Below, in pieces: positions 1 through 13,344 of a stretch of DNA of 64,000 nt. Below the pieces are notes generated by a model. The model saw only the letters and a list, made by a program, of their open reading frames with translations. It was not told the origin of the DNA and did no database searches. The DNA comes from Trichoplax sp. H2 (lineage: Eukaryota). The position numbers and the translations under genes are program-made. The stretch's first letter is position 1. Each line of letters opens with the position of its first letter. Location: contig NOWV01000017.1 of assembly GCA_003344405.1 (NCBI GenBank), positions 496,001 to 560,000 of the forward strand, written 5' to 3'.

Positions 1-1519
1 TGGTGTAATATTATAACGTATAGTAAAATGGCTACTTGTTAATCGCGATGATTATGCACTGCACGCATTGATTAAGACCGTTAAATTTAAGGTGAACAGA
101 AGTTGGCTAGAAATAGCCTAAAATACAGCCTTCCAGTTGAAACATATTCATACTTTTCTAGCATCGAAGTTATTGTCTGGATTAACATTACTGATCGACG
201 TGGTTTACTACTAAATCCTTAGTACTGTATTCGTACCCACTTAACAAAAATGTTTAGATTGACTAACTCTTGTATGTAATCAGAGATCATTTGAGTTAAC
301 GGCATTATGATTCTAGCACATCACCGGCCGAAATGCTTTACTGTAGCTCTTCTTATAGAACGTTATCTTTTACAATAAAAGCTCAGTGTCAGTAAATGCG
401 CTGTTGTTAGAATCTTGAAACTTGTAACAGTTACACACGGCTCGTGTAAACGTACCTTTTAACGTAAGAACTGCTGCGTCCATTTTTTCTATTTTATTTG
501 GGAATACATCAAATGCAAGATACATGATAGCTTTATGTATTTGATATAATATAGCAAAATTTGGCGCCACGTTTGTATATTGTAAACTGTAAAGTTACTT
601 CTAGTCATTACTCCGCAAAAAATAATGATAATTGTGACACAAGCCATGGACTACTAAAATTTTTTTTTCACCAATCCATACGCGAGCCTAAACATCTCAG
701 AAGAATTAACCTTGTACGAGGATCCTAGCGAATACCCAGAATTTTATGTTTACTTAAGCTATTGTTACAATCAAATCTTTAGTGATGAAATGTACAGTAT
801 AATTCATAGACTAAGAGGATTCTTGCTTATGGGACAACTATCCCTCGACAACCAAACGCATTTACGATATAGTGGAAGCAGAATTAGCTTTATGAAAGTT
901 AATTCTTCATGACAGTTATTCAAGGAATTGCCGTTAATATAACATTAAACATATACTGTAATAAAAGGTTCATTTACCAATGTTAATTCAATTCCCCCGG
1001 ACAACTATCGCCGATAACTAAACTCATTTGTGATATGGCTTAAATAGCTTCATAAAAAACCAATTCTTTATGAAAGAGTTATGAAGACATTGCCGCTAAG
1101 TTACCATCTCTCTTTACTTGTGCATGTTTGAGATATCTACATTAGTCTCACAAGTCGCGCTGCCTGTTCATTAACCAGTACTGTATTTATGTTACGGCCA
1201 ATGTAATTAGAAATCGGGCATCGTATTTAGACTACATTTTCATGGGCGTGGTGAGACCTTGGTTGAAAGTTGAAAGCTGTTCAGTGTTCAGCCTTAAAAC
1301 GATATTGTAGCCCTTAATTAGGTCTTCCAATTTTGAAGCTATTTACTTTGAATTTGGCTAAAATTTCACGAATACAAGTCACTACAACCTTGAGCAATTG
1401 GTAGTTCATGTTTTTATTTTTGACTTTTTACTGCGTTATTGAGTTATTTTATTTATTTCTTTGCAATCTTTAATACAAACTATCAGTCACTGGCAAGTGT
1501 ACGGTCAGCTCAACCAGTT

Positions 1520-1725
1520 CTACAGTACAACTCACGCTGAAATAATGGTTTCTTGTTCGACCGGAGTTCAGTACAGTACAGTACAGTAACTATACAGTGT
1601 ACAGTACAGTACGCGTAGACTCACTTCGGTTCAAACCGTTTTGATCTGTACGCGTTACTCGCTGGTTACCGAAAAGATTGCTACTGGACCTACAGTACAC
1701 TAGTACAGTACAGTCCGTACAACAG
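1520..1725. repeat. TACAG/CAGTA pentamer-rich low-complexity tract upstream of CLUAP1
   Basis: For example cagtacagtacagtacagtaactatacagtgtacagtacagtac (~1569-1612) and tacagtacactagtacagtacagt (~1691-1714). Confidence 0.9.
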
Positions 1726-1782
1726 AAGAGACAGTAGACAGTCAACGGTACGAATGCCGCAGTGCATTATGGACTGAGCACC

Positions 1783-1796
1783 GTTTCCATGGATTT
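1783..1796 (+). promoter_or_regulatory. X-box-like (RFX) motif
   Basis: GTTTCCATGGATTT, 11/14 match to the palindrome GTTTCCATGGAAAC, 62 nt upstream of the ATG of a ciliary IFT gene. Confidence 0.5.
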
Positions 1797-1844
1797 TATG
1801 CAAAGTAAAAAAAGAACCAGATGAAATCCTAACATAGTAGCAAA

Positions 1845-4630
1845 ATGTCATACAGAGATCTACGAAGTAAGTAAATTAAATATGAAAATGCTTATCACTA
1901 CCGTACATGATCAAAATTTCATGATAGTTTTAATTCTAGTACTAGTTAAGAGAATATATCGACAAGGACTGAAATTGATCACTACTTTAACTGTGTAATG
2001 TAGACTTTACGGAGATGATGCGAAGCTTAGGTTATCCTAGGCTTATATCGATGGAAAATTTTAGACAACCTAATTTTCCACTGGTAGCTGAAATTCTTCT
2101 TTGGTTAATAAAGAGGTGAGATTAGTTGTTTTAAATCTATCTTAAATTGCCAATAGTATCTGTGAAATACCGGCCAATATCGTCTTGTTTAATTTGGCTT
2201 TACGTTAAATCTTCTCGTACATTGAATCCAGTGTTACAATGATATACAATAAATAATAAAGCAGGTACCGATACAGAATATACTTATCATGAAACGTTTC
2301 ACGATATGCTGTTATCAGTTTAATTAACACAGTAAGACAAATTGAAACTTTGAAGTATTAGGCGTACACAGTAGTACATTTTTGATTATTTCATGTAGTT
2401 ATCACAGAATTTGTATCACTTTAGTTGCTATAGCGATATAATATCACCTAAAAAGTTCAAAATTTGAAAATTATACGTTGAATCGATTTCCGGTGATACA
2501 ATTATCGAATATCATAATAGCTAGCATTATGGCTTACCAACCCCTAATGTATAATGTTTTTGTTATCTAGCTACGATCCTAACCTGGATTTACCTTCCGA
2601 TATTGATACTGAACAAGACAGAATCTTTTTCATTCGATCTACGGCCCAACTTATGGTCAGAATTTGAATGATCATGCTATATGTGTTGTGGTATTGTAAG
2701 TTGCTTTCTGTGATAATATATTACAGAATTATAATATATCTTAATTATCGGGTAGGCTACCAAAGCACACATTAAATTAAATACCAAGAAGCTATATGGA
2801 GCCGACGGTTATGCTGTCAAAGAAATTTTAAAGATTACAACAATATTATACAATGCTATGAAGGCAAACAAACAGAATGAGGTTGATTAAACGCTCAGTT
2901 AGCAATAATTGTCGATGCAATAATGATACTAACTGAGATAATTTATTTAGGAAAATAATTCTTCTGAAAATGCGAAAGCAAAATTTGATATTTCTAATAA
3001 GGTAAAATTCTTGGCTCATTTTGTCAACTTTCGTTTTTCCTTATCGATAGTTAATCTTAAAATATTATTATCATCAATCACTGAATATAGATAACAGATC
3101 TAAAGCAATCCCGGCATTTAGCGTCGGATATTACCACGCGCGGAGCTAGCGTATACGATCTATTGGGTGAAGAGCCTGATTTAAGAGTAAATAAACCGTT
3201 ATATGCGACAGTTCGTTTGATATTTATTGACGGTAAAAGTAAACCTACTTTTTTTATTTATGACATAGGATCAGCGTACAACAGCACTTGCAAGACCTCT
3301 AGAATTGGATGATCTCGAAGATAGGGTATCCAAAAGTGTATCATCCGTCGAGGTAAGTTAATTATGATGTTAAACATTTTCACCCAGCAAAAATTAAAAT
3401 TATTCATTATTAGGAGCAACATCAACACACTGAAAGAATGCTCAACAATATTGCCTCAGATGAAGCTAACTTAGAAGCGAAAATACAAAAAAAGAAACAA
3501 GAGCTAGAAAGAAATCAAAAACGATTAAAAAGTCTTCAGGCTGTTAGGTAGGTATCCTAGTTATGCTAACGAGAATTCAGTTTTATCATGACTTCTTCCT
3601 TACTTCCCTTCCTTTTACATTTAATATCACGTAAGATTTTAAAATATATACTACAATTATTTATATTTTAAAAATTTGACTTTAGACCAGCATTTATGGA
3701 CGAATTTGAAAAACTAGAGGCCGAACTACAAAAGCTTTACACGGTATTTTCGATAAGTTCGAAGTTCAGACAACATTTTCCTCAAGTATGACACCTAATA
3801 TTTTAAGCTAATTACACTTATTTAACCTATCTAGGGATATTTTGAAAAGTATAGAAACTTAGTTTATCTAGAGCAACAATTGGAAGAGTACAATAAAATT
3901 GAACAAGAGAAATTTGAGGTACATTTCTGACAAGCTTAAATCTGTTATTATTGCAACCTAAAGTAACAAATATATTTTACGGATATTTCGTTAACTATGA
4001 AGACTATGCTGCTTTAACAAACTTTACTTACTTAAATGATGATTATTACTTGGAATGATAAATTAGCGAACAGAGTTGTCGTTAAAGAGAATGCAAGATG
4101 ACAATGATGGAGATTACGGCAATTATCAGAAAGGTATTAGAATTAACGGAACAGGAGAGTTAGACGATCACGATGAGTTAGAACTTGACGACAGTACCAA
4201 CGAACAAGGTAAATTTATCATTCGAAATGATTGCATTTTGTCTGACGATATTTTACAGATTAATTCCATCCACTAATAAATTATTGCGTTTATTAAGTTA
4301 ACACCAACGCGATGTACGGAAGAATTGGTAATGGTTCAGATTCTGAAGTAAGGACTTATCAATAACTTGACCACATTTGTATATATTGTTGGTATAAAAA
4401 TTAAATACACCATAATAATAGTAATTTCACATCACTCATATACGTCAAAATGATTTACTTCGTTACTACAGGAAAGTGGTACATTATCGTCTGAAGGTAG
4501 CGGTTTGGAAGTAGAAGTAGATGAAGATGAAGATGATGAAGACATTATTGACGATGACGATGATGACGATGACGATATCGAATCTAAGGATAGATCACAC
4601 AGTCTAAATGATAGTGACAACGATTTTTAG
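1845..4630 (+). CDS. CLUAP1: Clusterin-associated protein 1 / IFT38 (intraflagellar transport complex B), multi-exon
   Basis: Manual splicing of exons 1845-1866, 2004-2115, 2571-2655, 2756-2881 and later exons gives [44 protein letters not shown]...[48 protein letters not shown] coiled-coil region follows ([45 protein letters not shown]), then an acidic tail ending SDNDF* (TAG 4628-4630). All match recalled CLUAP1 sequence, and introns are GT-AG. Confidence 0.96.
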
Positions 4631-6709
4631 TACTGTACTATAATCGCTACTTTGGATCTATGACATCGGTAATCATTGACAGGTTCGCCTTTCAGGCAAT
4701 ACTTTAGAAATGGTAGTCTCAGTGTTCAATTTTTTTTGATTAGATCCTATGACGAAATTTATGCACATCGGTAATGCTCTACGCCAACTTGGCTATGAAT
4801 AGCAAATACACAGTATTTCAGCGATTACCGTAGATAAAATTTAACTATCGAGTAAAGTGATGTTATAGACTATAACTGTAATTACATTACAATGTTGTAT
4901 GATACTACGAGCGAATTTGTAAAATATTTGAAAAAGCATCCAACACGGTAAATTTGGGTAATACTTCTACTATGACAATAGAAATATGCATTTCAACATT
5001 TATTTACCAATGTCAGTATCGACACATGTCAAATTTATAATACCGTCTGATTAAATATGAAAGTTTGTCAAGGTCGGTCGATGCAAGAGCAATTTTCAAT
5101 CTTAGGAGATTATTTTAAAATTGAATTTTTTGCTGTAAACTTATCGCTCATAGCGCTTAAATTTATGTGTATACCGTAACTATTGCCCATTAAAAGGGAC
5201 AAGATCAGTTAACTATCAAGATACTCTTAAGATTTTGTATAAGAGCCAGGGTAATATAAGAGTATCTTCTATTCATTAATTATAGACCTGACCGACAGCG
5301 ATGACATGATGTCAAAGCCAAAACTTACTTCACGGTGGGAATGATATTCCCTTGATTCTACAGACAATGTTAAATAAGCGTATAAAAATCGTATCGTTTG
5401 TTCAAAAATTCATTGCTATATCACTAGTAGGTATGCTGTCTAACGTCCGCTGATCATTTGTAATCATGATTATTTAAGAGTCGACGGGGATGATTATGTA
5501 AGAGAATAAAATTATCCACTAGACTATTGAATTATTATTGGTTTCTTGATTGAAGTTAACTCTTTCGGCAGTATTACGCCTGTATCAATATAATTTTTTA
5601 GTAAAATTATAACCAAGCTAAATGACATTGAGTATTTTTGCCAACTCAGTATGTGTTCGATTTCTTTCGAGTAATTTTTGTACTTAATGATATTATTGAA
5701 ACTTCAAGTATGCAACTGTGCATTAGTCGATCATCACGTGGAATAGAGACGCTTTACGTGTGAGATGGTGATTTGATCATCTTCAAGCTTACTTAACGAG
5801 TCATGTAATGGAAATTTATCGAATCATTTAAATCCTAAGTTATGCCGAGTTTGCAATCAGTGATCAACGTCATTATATGCATACTGTAAGCAAAAAATGA
5901 ATGAAGCAAGATTTAAATAGCACCTAATTGATCATTAACTATTGAGTATTGCAGCGAGTAATGATGGAAAGATTGAAAGGGGTTGTTCGTTGTTACTAAA
6001 GCTACTTATTCATTCGTCCCTACGCATTATATGACCGAATGCTGATCGTAAGGACCCTGTATTGACCTTGTAGGATATTACAATGTTGAAAAAGTGCTTG
6101 CTTGTTACACGTTGAAAGACTTCTGGTAATAACCAGAAGTTTAGTTCGGTATTAACTTTTCTCGTTTTTCAGCCATTATTACAGTACACTGACAACGGTC
6201 GTGTTACTAATAAGAGACCCTCCTCATTTCAATTAATCACCACTAGCTACAGTAATAAGCAGAAAATAGAATAATAAACACGTGATAGTTGATCACAAGT
6301 ACTGTATATAGAAATAGACGTGTGTATTTGGAAAGTAATTTCACTTATTTACAGTAATACATTCGAACTTGATACCGTTTTAAGCTACGCTAGATTTAAT
6401 TGCTTAAGGTATCCTTCATTTGTTCATTCTTTCTCTATCCGTAAAACTTTATTGATCAAATTGCATTAACAACACTCAAATAGGGAAGCCTGATATCACA
6501 CTAGTGATGTTGGATTCATTATTAATAATTGAATTCTAATCATGATGGTACACTTGTTGATGAAGAGGCCATCTGTACTGTCTACAGTGGGGTTCAGTGC
6601 GATAAAAGTGGAGCAAGAAGCCATTGCTGTGTGGACGGTATTTGGCCAAATTCACCGGTCATCCGTGGATGACTGCTCTCTTTACCTGCATTTCACCCAC
6701 TGCAATCAA

Positions 6710-6990
6710 TGACTGCAGTATAATATGTACACTTGTACAGTACAGTACGCTTTTAGTCATCATTTTTTATGACCGCTTTGCCGCTGTTGTTTTTTTATCT
6801 TTGGACTGTGTACAGTACATACACTACACTATACTGTACTGTACACTGTACAGTACAGTACAGTGCAGTACACTGCAGTATATTGTACTGTAGCGTCGTG
6901 TACAAATCCACTGTACACTGTACAGATGGACGGTACAAATACTGATGTAGTCGTGACATGAACATGACTGGCTACACTACAGTACAGTAT
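6710..6990. repeat. TACAG/CTGTA pentamer-rich tract upstream of the CK1 gene
   Basis: For example actgtactgtacactgtacagtacagtacagtgcagtacactgcagta (~6833-6880); both orientations are present. Confidence 0.9.
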
Positions 6991-8444
6991 GTGACAATGT
7001 GCGAACATGCCAACAAGCCCAATGTTTATTGACGGCTTCGCTTTGATACGCTGGTAGCGTCAAGGACGTCAACTTCAAGCCAGTGATGTGTCTAGGAGTG
7101 ACTACTGGAATGCTTGTACGGTCGGTGTTATGAGTTCGTGGTACACTTGCTACAAGCTAACCAATGTCAATGCAAAACGTCACACAGGAGGCTTGAACCA
7201 ATACAGTACGGTCAAGCCAATCACACTGTAACCAAGCAGATCAACTACCAGTCTGACTCAGCCCACTGTGCACTGCATTAAAATCTTTTTCACCGCTTAA
7301 CTGCAACTGTACCGACTAACTACAGTAGGAGGAAGACTTTGGGCAGTAGGATAATTCTGTGAAAAGAGCAGTAAAAAAGATTTCATTTCTAGCTATTTTT
7401 TCCTCTTTTCAATCTTGGACTGGACTTATTCAACCTTGTATGGTAGCCTAATTCTGTATTGGTTAATGGTATCGATCCAGTTGTAGTATATTCATTACGT
7501 TCAATGGTTGATTATCCTTTTTGTAGGTATCAAGCAATTGCTGTTTATTGTAAAATTGTCTTCAGTCAAACATACTGTAGATGACTTCAAAGAGTAGAAG
7601 GTTACTCACGTAGGAGGGATTTAGCAGTCGGTAGTTTGGAAGAGGAAAAAGGATATTGCCTAGTAGTCCCTCTTCAATGTGTGGATTGATCAATACTGTA
7701 GAGCATTTGGATTATAACGCTGCGTACGCTATGACTGGCTGATCAGATCGCGTCCCTTTCCTTTTCTTTCCACTCTTATCGCTTATTTTATCGCCATTCT
7801 CACACTACAGTACTGTAGAAGGGGTATCAAAGAAAGATTGCCTTTGGGCGATATCACTGGACTAAAGGCGTCATTGAGTGTCCTTCTACTCACTTGACTA
7901 CAGTAGTGGTTCAATGTTATAATATTACCGTCGCATTTTATACTTTTGTACTATTTTACTCATGTATCGATTGCTAGCCTCTATCTTAATGGATTACAAT
8001 CTTATATATGAGATCAAGCAGTTGCCGATAGTAAAAAAAAGAAGAAGAATGACAGCCTACACCGTAACTCACAAGTACAGTAGAAATTGTCCTAAATAAT
8101 AAACACTACGATACAATCGACGCATGATAGTATTGAGTATCAATGATTTTGACGAAGGGCATGGATGCATATTATCATACTGATCAATACTAGCGTATAT
8201 ATATACATTTATTCAAACCCGTATTTTTTCGTAGTTTACTGTGAATATTTTTGGGGGGGGACAGAGATAGAAACTGACTGAGCTGTTTTTGTTATTTATA
8301 TTTTTTTGTATCGATGACTATCTTGATGCTGTACTCGTATTCAAATATTTCTACTTTTTGTTGTTCATGTTATAAACAGCTCTATGCTCCTGAACAACCC
8401 GTTTTGACTACTGAGTAGCAAAGGCATTAATCTTGTCTCACAAT

Positions 8445-11400
8445 ATGGACCTAAGAGTAGGCAATAAATACCGCTTAGGCAGGAAGATTGGTAGCGGATC
8501 CTTTGGCGACATTTACTTAGGTAAAAGATAATTATTACGCGTACTCGTATATACAACACTTTAATAATTACAACTTCATGCGACTCTTCCATATATCTGT
8601 TATAACTACCCTCCACTTCGCTATCAACAATACTACAAATGACTGTACTCTTTAGTTTTCTCTTTCTCTACTTAAATAGAAAAAAAAAAAGAATCATCGA
8701 CAACTAGCCTAATGTACTTAAACCCGTCCAACTTGTTTGTTTGACTATACTATTAATATTAGCTATGTATATTGTACACAGTACAGTATGTTTGTTTCCT
8801 TCTCTATCTCCAGCTTGAGTATGATTGTAGTCAGAATGATAATTTTTCTCTTTCTGTAAACTAGAAATCAATTTAGACGTCACCGTGCATGTTACAAATC
8901 CATCCAAGTATAAAATATACATATAAATGCATTCGAGTAGAACTTACAGTATATAATACTTCACGAGTGCATATTCATTTTTCACTGTTTTTTTTATTTC
9001 TCTCTGGATATCGTACTGCTATTTTAATCGCTGTTAGTCTAGTGATTAATTCTATATGGAATAAATTAGCAAATATGGTTTATGTACAATTTACAATATT
9101 CCGCACAAGTGTACACATCCAAATCTCAATATGAGTGGACTAGCTCAAGTGATTCAATACAATGATGCACAGTAATTAATTAATTATTAGTGATATTAAA
9201 TACATGATGGATTTTGAAAAAAATTGATCCATTTCAATATGTCTTCTTGATTGCTATACTATTGCCATTAAAGTATATGCTGTATAATGAATTATAATTT
9301 ATTAGGCACCAATATTATTACCGGTGACGAGGTAGCTATCAAGTTAGAATGTACTACTACCAAACATCCTCAACTTCATATCGAATGGAAATTTTATAAG
9401 ATTATGGCCGGTGGCGGTAAGTGAACTTGCACTATATTGTGCCGTTCTAGTGACGGTCAGTCTGAGAATAACTGTGACACATGTTACACAATTTCCTTAA
9501 TATAAATCAAGTTCAAATTATCCAACCTGATTTGATTGTATAAATACGCGTATTATAATCATTTTATGTTGGCATATACTAATATTTTATGGTCTGATCT
9601 ATCTCAATCGGATAGAACACCATATTAGCTGTTAATTTAACGTTGAGCCAACCATAACCGAAAATAAATTGATATTACGCCGCAATATGATTATTATTAC
9701 GATTAACTTTTTGGATGGATCGGATTAATTTTTCATACGTTATTTGCCTTACTTTTGAACACAGTTGGCATACCTTCTGTAAAATGGTGGGGTACTGAAG
9801 GTGATTACAACGTCGTTGTGATGGAACTTTTGGGCCCAAGTTTGGAAGATTTATTCAATTTTTGCTCCAGAAAATTTAGCCTGAAGACTGTGCTTCAATT
9901 AGCAGACCAATTGGTTAGTTATTTTTCATTTTAAAATATCTTTAATTAACATATAAAACAAAAAAAAAAGCAAAGGGTTATCAGCTTCCCCATCATGATG
10001 AGAATAAATTACGGTATTATCAGTATTGTTATACATTCAATCACATCGAAACAATAACCCGCTAGGATATGTGCTGTACCTCCTGTAACGTTAGTTTTAT
10101 AACTGCAGACAAGATACCGTTGTTGGGTGCCTACTCTACCATAGTCAAAGCTATTCATTGATTTCCTTCACCGATTATATATTGTACTAATCACTTAACT
10201 TAATAGTATATTAAAGCACTGCTTTGGATCGATCTTTTCAAAATTAATTTTCTCAACATCTTTTTTTATCCTTTTTTTAAACGAATCCGTCGCAACTTTC
10301 ATTTGCTTTAAAGTTGCGAGGTATTTTCAATTTTGCGTTATCCGACCGTACTAAAGATACCCTACGACAGAAAATCTTTTGTGCTTAAATTTCTATTGTA
10401 GACCCTATTTCCAATCTTAATTTGTTACAATGATTCGGTTATCTCATGTACTATACAGAATAGTACATATGTAGATACCATCAACTGATAATAATTATTT
10501 TCTGCCAATAGGAAGTTAATGAAGAGCTCTATCACATTCCATGATACTGTAATATAACCATGGAGAGCTCTGATTAAGAAATTTTTGAATTTTTAACCTG
10601 CAGCTTACAGTAGACTCTATACTATTACTACGCTATACTGTTTGTATAGTCGTTTGCAACACCACCGATATCATATGGCAGTTAAATTAATAATAAGAAG
10701 TAATTGTAATTGTGTACTGCATTACATGTCGATATGTAAGTAGGTTTACACCAGTACTATAATTATATTACTTTAAAAATCTTATAGAATAATAATCGTA
10801 ATCGTACTAGTTTTGCACCAATTTGTTAAATCACTCTTACATAGATCATCTTTGATACGCCTTCAAAAACTTGAAACGAATTACAGTACATAGTATATTT
10901 TTAATTAATTTTATTACTTATTTTTAATACTCTCCTGATTACGCGTATTAGAATATATCATGTACTGTAGCTTATCCTTACTCGAATATTCGAGTTTATG
11001 ATCATCCTATCATATTATTTGCCAGGTATGATATTTGTGCAATTGGTACCTTATTGTGATTTCCATCGGACGAAATGATACATTTTTTGTTTTTAGAAAT
11101 TCCTTAGCTAGGACAACATATATCGACTATAATTAGCTACTCATTTCATTGCTTCGCGAGTACCTAAAAATGACAGTAGTGGTTCTTCCCCACTACTTGA
11201 AATTAGTGCAATTTCGTAAAAACGTACAGAACGGTATATAGATTTATTACCATTAAATCCAAAGTACAGCAATACGTAGTTGATCCCACAACAATAATAA
11301 TAATTACAATAAAATTTCATATTTCCGGCTTCAAGTTGCTATTAAACTGAAATCCGACCGTTGAATTTTAACGATACTGAAACAAATCCCATCATTGTTA

Positions 11401-13344
11401 GAATGTAATTCCCTATCAGATATCGTCATTCTTTCCTAATTTATTCTTCTATCATTTAATTCGTAATTTTGAATACATCAGAATGATGGTTTTTTTACTA
11501 TATAGATGAATTATTTTACAACACTAATTTGTAACCTCTTTTGATAATAAAATTCCATCAATCTTTTCTATTCTTTTCAGATAAGTCGAATCGAGTATGT
11601 TCATTCGAAAAATTTTATCCATCGGGATATCAAGCCAGATAACTTCTTAATGGGATTGGGAAAGAAAGGCAATTTAGTGTATATAATTGATTTTGGATTA
11701 GCAAAACGCTATCGTGATGCTAAGACGCACCAGCACATTCCTTATCGGGAAAATAAAAATTTAACTGGTACTGCACGATATGCCAGTATTAATACACATT
11801 TAGGCATTGGTAAGTATTCCTTGGTAATATCTCAAGGCATTAATCGTTTCATAATTGTTATAATGTAGTTGCAGCTGCATTTTGTTCTACAACGTTAAAC
11901 AGCAATAGTAATATGTAATGTTTCACTACGGCAAAGAATTCTTAAGTGATGTGAATTGATGAATATCAATGACTTCGGGAGCGAAAGCAAGAGTCGACAT
12001 TATGACCAGATCTTGTAAATGAATACTAATTTTAACGCCTTAGCTTATGTTAGCGTCATTTTATTTTTATTTATAGAGCAAAGCCGTAGAGATGATATGG
12101 AATCACTTGGGTATATGTTTATGTATTTCAGCCACGGTAGTTTACCTTGGCAAGGATTAAAGGCTGCTACTAAAAAGCAAAAGTATGAAAAAATTAGTGA
12201 AAAGAAGATGGCAACTCCAGTTGAAAAATTATGTAGAGGATATCCCCGTAAGTACTATAATCTTCAGTTAGTCAGTAATTCTTCTTAGTATAAAAGTTAT
12301 TTAATTTTTTGAAATGGGCTAATTGATATTCTTCTATGATATTTTTAGCTGAATTTGCGACTTATCTAAATATTTGCCGATCATTAAAATTCGACGATAA
12401 GCCAGATTATGCATACTTCAGGCAATTATTCAGAAATTTGTACCATCGATGTAGTTTTACATATGATTACGTTTTTGATTGGAATGTCTTGAAGGTAAAT
12501 TTTTGTTGATATTATGTTAATAATGTCATCAACACCTTATTCAAGTTGATAGAAAATAAATTTAACAGTTTCAACACTTACGAATTTTACCATACTTACC
12601 TTACCGTAGGGCGAAACTCGTAAGAATGATACCAAAGATAGACAAAAAGAGCGACATTCTAATCAACACCCGGATATTGGTGATAACATTGATGCAGGCG
12701 CTACTGCTACGGATAATCACCGATTGGTAACCTATGATGCTCATGGCCGTGGTACTAATACTCGATTATCTAGCGCGAACGAGATTAATGCTCAAAGTCG
12801 TATGCAGTCTGTCGATGCTGGAGGTAATAACGAAATATTTTAGAACAGATTTTTCGTAATACACGAGATGATGATTTAAAATATTATCAATTGTAACAAT
12901 TCCTAGTAAGAGCTTTCGTTAAAGAATAATTAGTTAACATGCATTAAATTTAGAAGTTAGTAAATTATTTCAAGTTTCTATTCTGTTGCTATAAGTACCT
13001 AAGGAATCTATTCTTAATTAACTATTATAACTATTATATTCGCAACAGTTCGACAATATCAACGTAGTCGGGGCATGATCTCGAAAGCTCGTGAAGGTAT
13101 TTCGGCCACAGCAGAAGCGGCAGACCATCACAAATATTATCAATCACATAATCATCGTATAAATTCACCATCCGTAGACGTTACATCCCGCCATGTTCTC
13201 CCAACGTCGGTTGTTGCTACTCCGATTCATGTTTCTGGAAATCATAGACCTCAGCCGCCACCAGCTAAAGATCGAGAAAATCCAATTAGTTCTAGTAACG
13301 ATGTTTATGCTGTCCGACAATCAAGCCGATTAAGGAAGCATTAA
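8445..13344 (+). CDS. CSNK1D/E: Casein kinase 1 delta/epsilon-like Ser/Thr kinase, 8 coding exons
   Basis: Exons 8445-8520, 9306-9416, 9765-9913, 11581-11809, 12077-12247, 12349-12494, 12610-12823 and 13049-13344 splice in frame. Translation includes [92 protein letters not shown] and YDYVFDW, followed by a divergent low-complexity C-tail. Confidence 0.97.

Noticed and set aside
1-1410. Possible minus-strand gene divergent from CLUAP1 (ORF 370-570, ATG at ~1409)
   Set aside because: Candidate exons could not be joined in frame and no protein family was recognisable; left unresolved.
4432-4620. Ser-rich minus-strand ORF
   Set aside because: It is the antisense shadow of the CLUAP1 Asp/Glu-rich tail.
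6074-6140. YYNVEKVL chromodomain-like peptide and the 9-bp hairpin acttctggt-aata-accagaagt
   Set aside because: Both are too short, no continuing exon was found, and they are compatible with chance.
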